From NCBI RefSeq assembly GCF_963921235.1, contig NC_086097.1:40736001-40800000 (forward strand): a stretch of 64,000 nucleotides of DNA, in the 5' to 3' direction. Position numbers and translations under genes: made by a program. This document shows, one piece after another, positions 63,545 through 64,000 of the stretch (within the stretch, counting starts at the first letter, position 1; every line of letters starts with the position of its first letter). This stretch comes from Mobula hypostoma. Its lineage: Eukaryota. The notes beneath the pieces are model-generated. The model was not told the DNA's origin. It made no database searches and worked only from the letters and a program-made list of their open reading frames with translations.

Positions 63545-63808
63545 GTCTATGGAGTAGGCCCTTCCAGCCCTTTGAGCCGCGCCACCCAGCAGCCCCTGAT
63601 TTAACCCTAGCCTAATCATGAGACAATTTTCAATGACTAATTACCCTACCAATCTGTACGTCTTCAGACTGTGGGAGGAGACCGGAGCACCCGGAGGAAA
63701 CCCACGCGGTCACGGGGAGAACATGCAAACTCCTTAGGGGCAGCAGGGGGAGTTGAATCCAGGTTGCCCGCACTGCAAAGCCTTATGCTAGCCACTATGC
63801 TACGATGG
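63545..63808 (-). mobile_element. V-SINE (HE1-like)
   Basis: Well-preserved V domain (reverse complement ttctccccgtgaccgcgtgggtttcctccgggtgctccgg), tRNA-like head and CR1-like tail. Confidence 0.8.
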
Positions 63809-64000
63809 GGATTAAAGATCCTCATAATCTCCTTAAACAGTTATCACCGTCAAGGGATTGTTAAATATAATCATAATAGTTAAGTGAATGACATGATATT
63901 TTTACAGAATGCGGGCATGGTGAGTGCAACCCTGTGTGGAAAGTGAATTCAGAGAAGAGTTTTATTTACTTTACCTTAACAAATAGTTAAAACTCTTTAA

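Noticed and set aside
1..64000. A novel multi-gene system (operon, CRISPR, defence island or intact provirus)
   Set aside because: There is no repeat-spacer array, gene-dense region or intact long ORF. Every recognisable peptide belongs to a known eukaryotic TE class and most are disrupted.

Overview
This is AT-rich vertebrate genomic DNA, intronic or intergenic, and most of it is transposable-element debris. The repeat content points to a cartilaginous fish, probably a ray or skate (inference). It includes CR1 LINEs with short tandem tails, Rex1/Babar-type LINEs, Penelope-like GIY-YIG retroelements (PLEs), V-SINE/HE1-like SINEs, Tc1 DNA transposons, Gypsy LTR elements and one RNase H-bearing I-group LINE. 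I cannot confidently call any host protein-coding gene. Nearly all long ORFs in the track are retroelement or transposase fragments, or their antisense shadows. I found no convincing previously undescribed system. The most notable structures are: (i) about ten minimal hammerhead-ribozyme motifs at PLE 3' ends, one (36179-36214, minus) with a fully intact core, several in head-to-head palindromic insertions; (ii) a TA-flanked Tc1 derivative made of two right ends, forming a foldback with ~540-bp arms; (iii) deep nested insertions with readable target-site duplications (TSDs), including a full-length decayed Gypsy inside a CR1 that carries a 1.39-kb solo LTR; (iv) short locally templated insertions at junctions; (v) a few weak candidate exons and repeat-free islands. 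Family names come from motif recognition, not database searches. Boundaries without a TSD are approximate.
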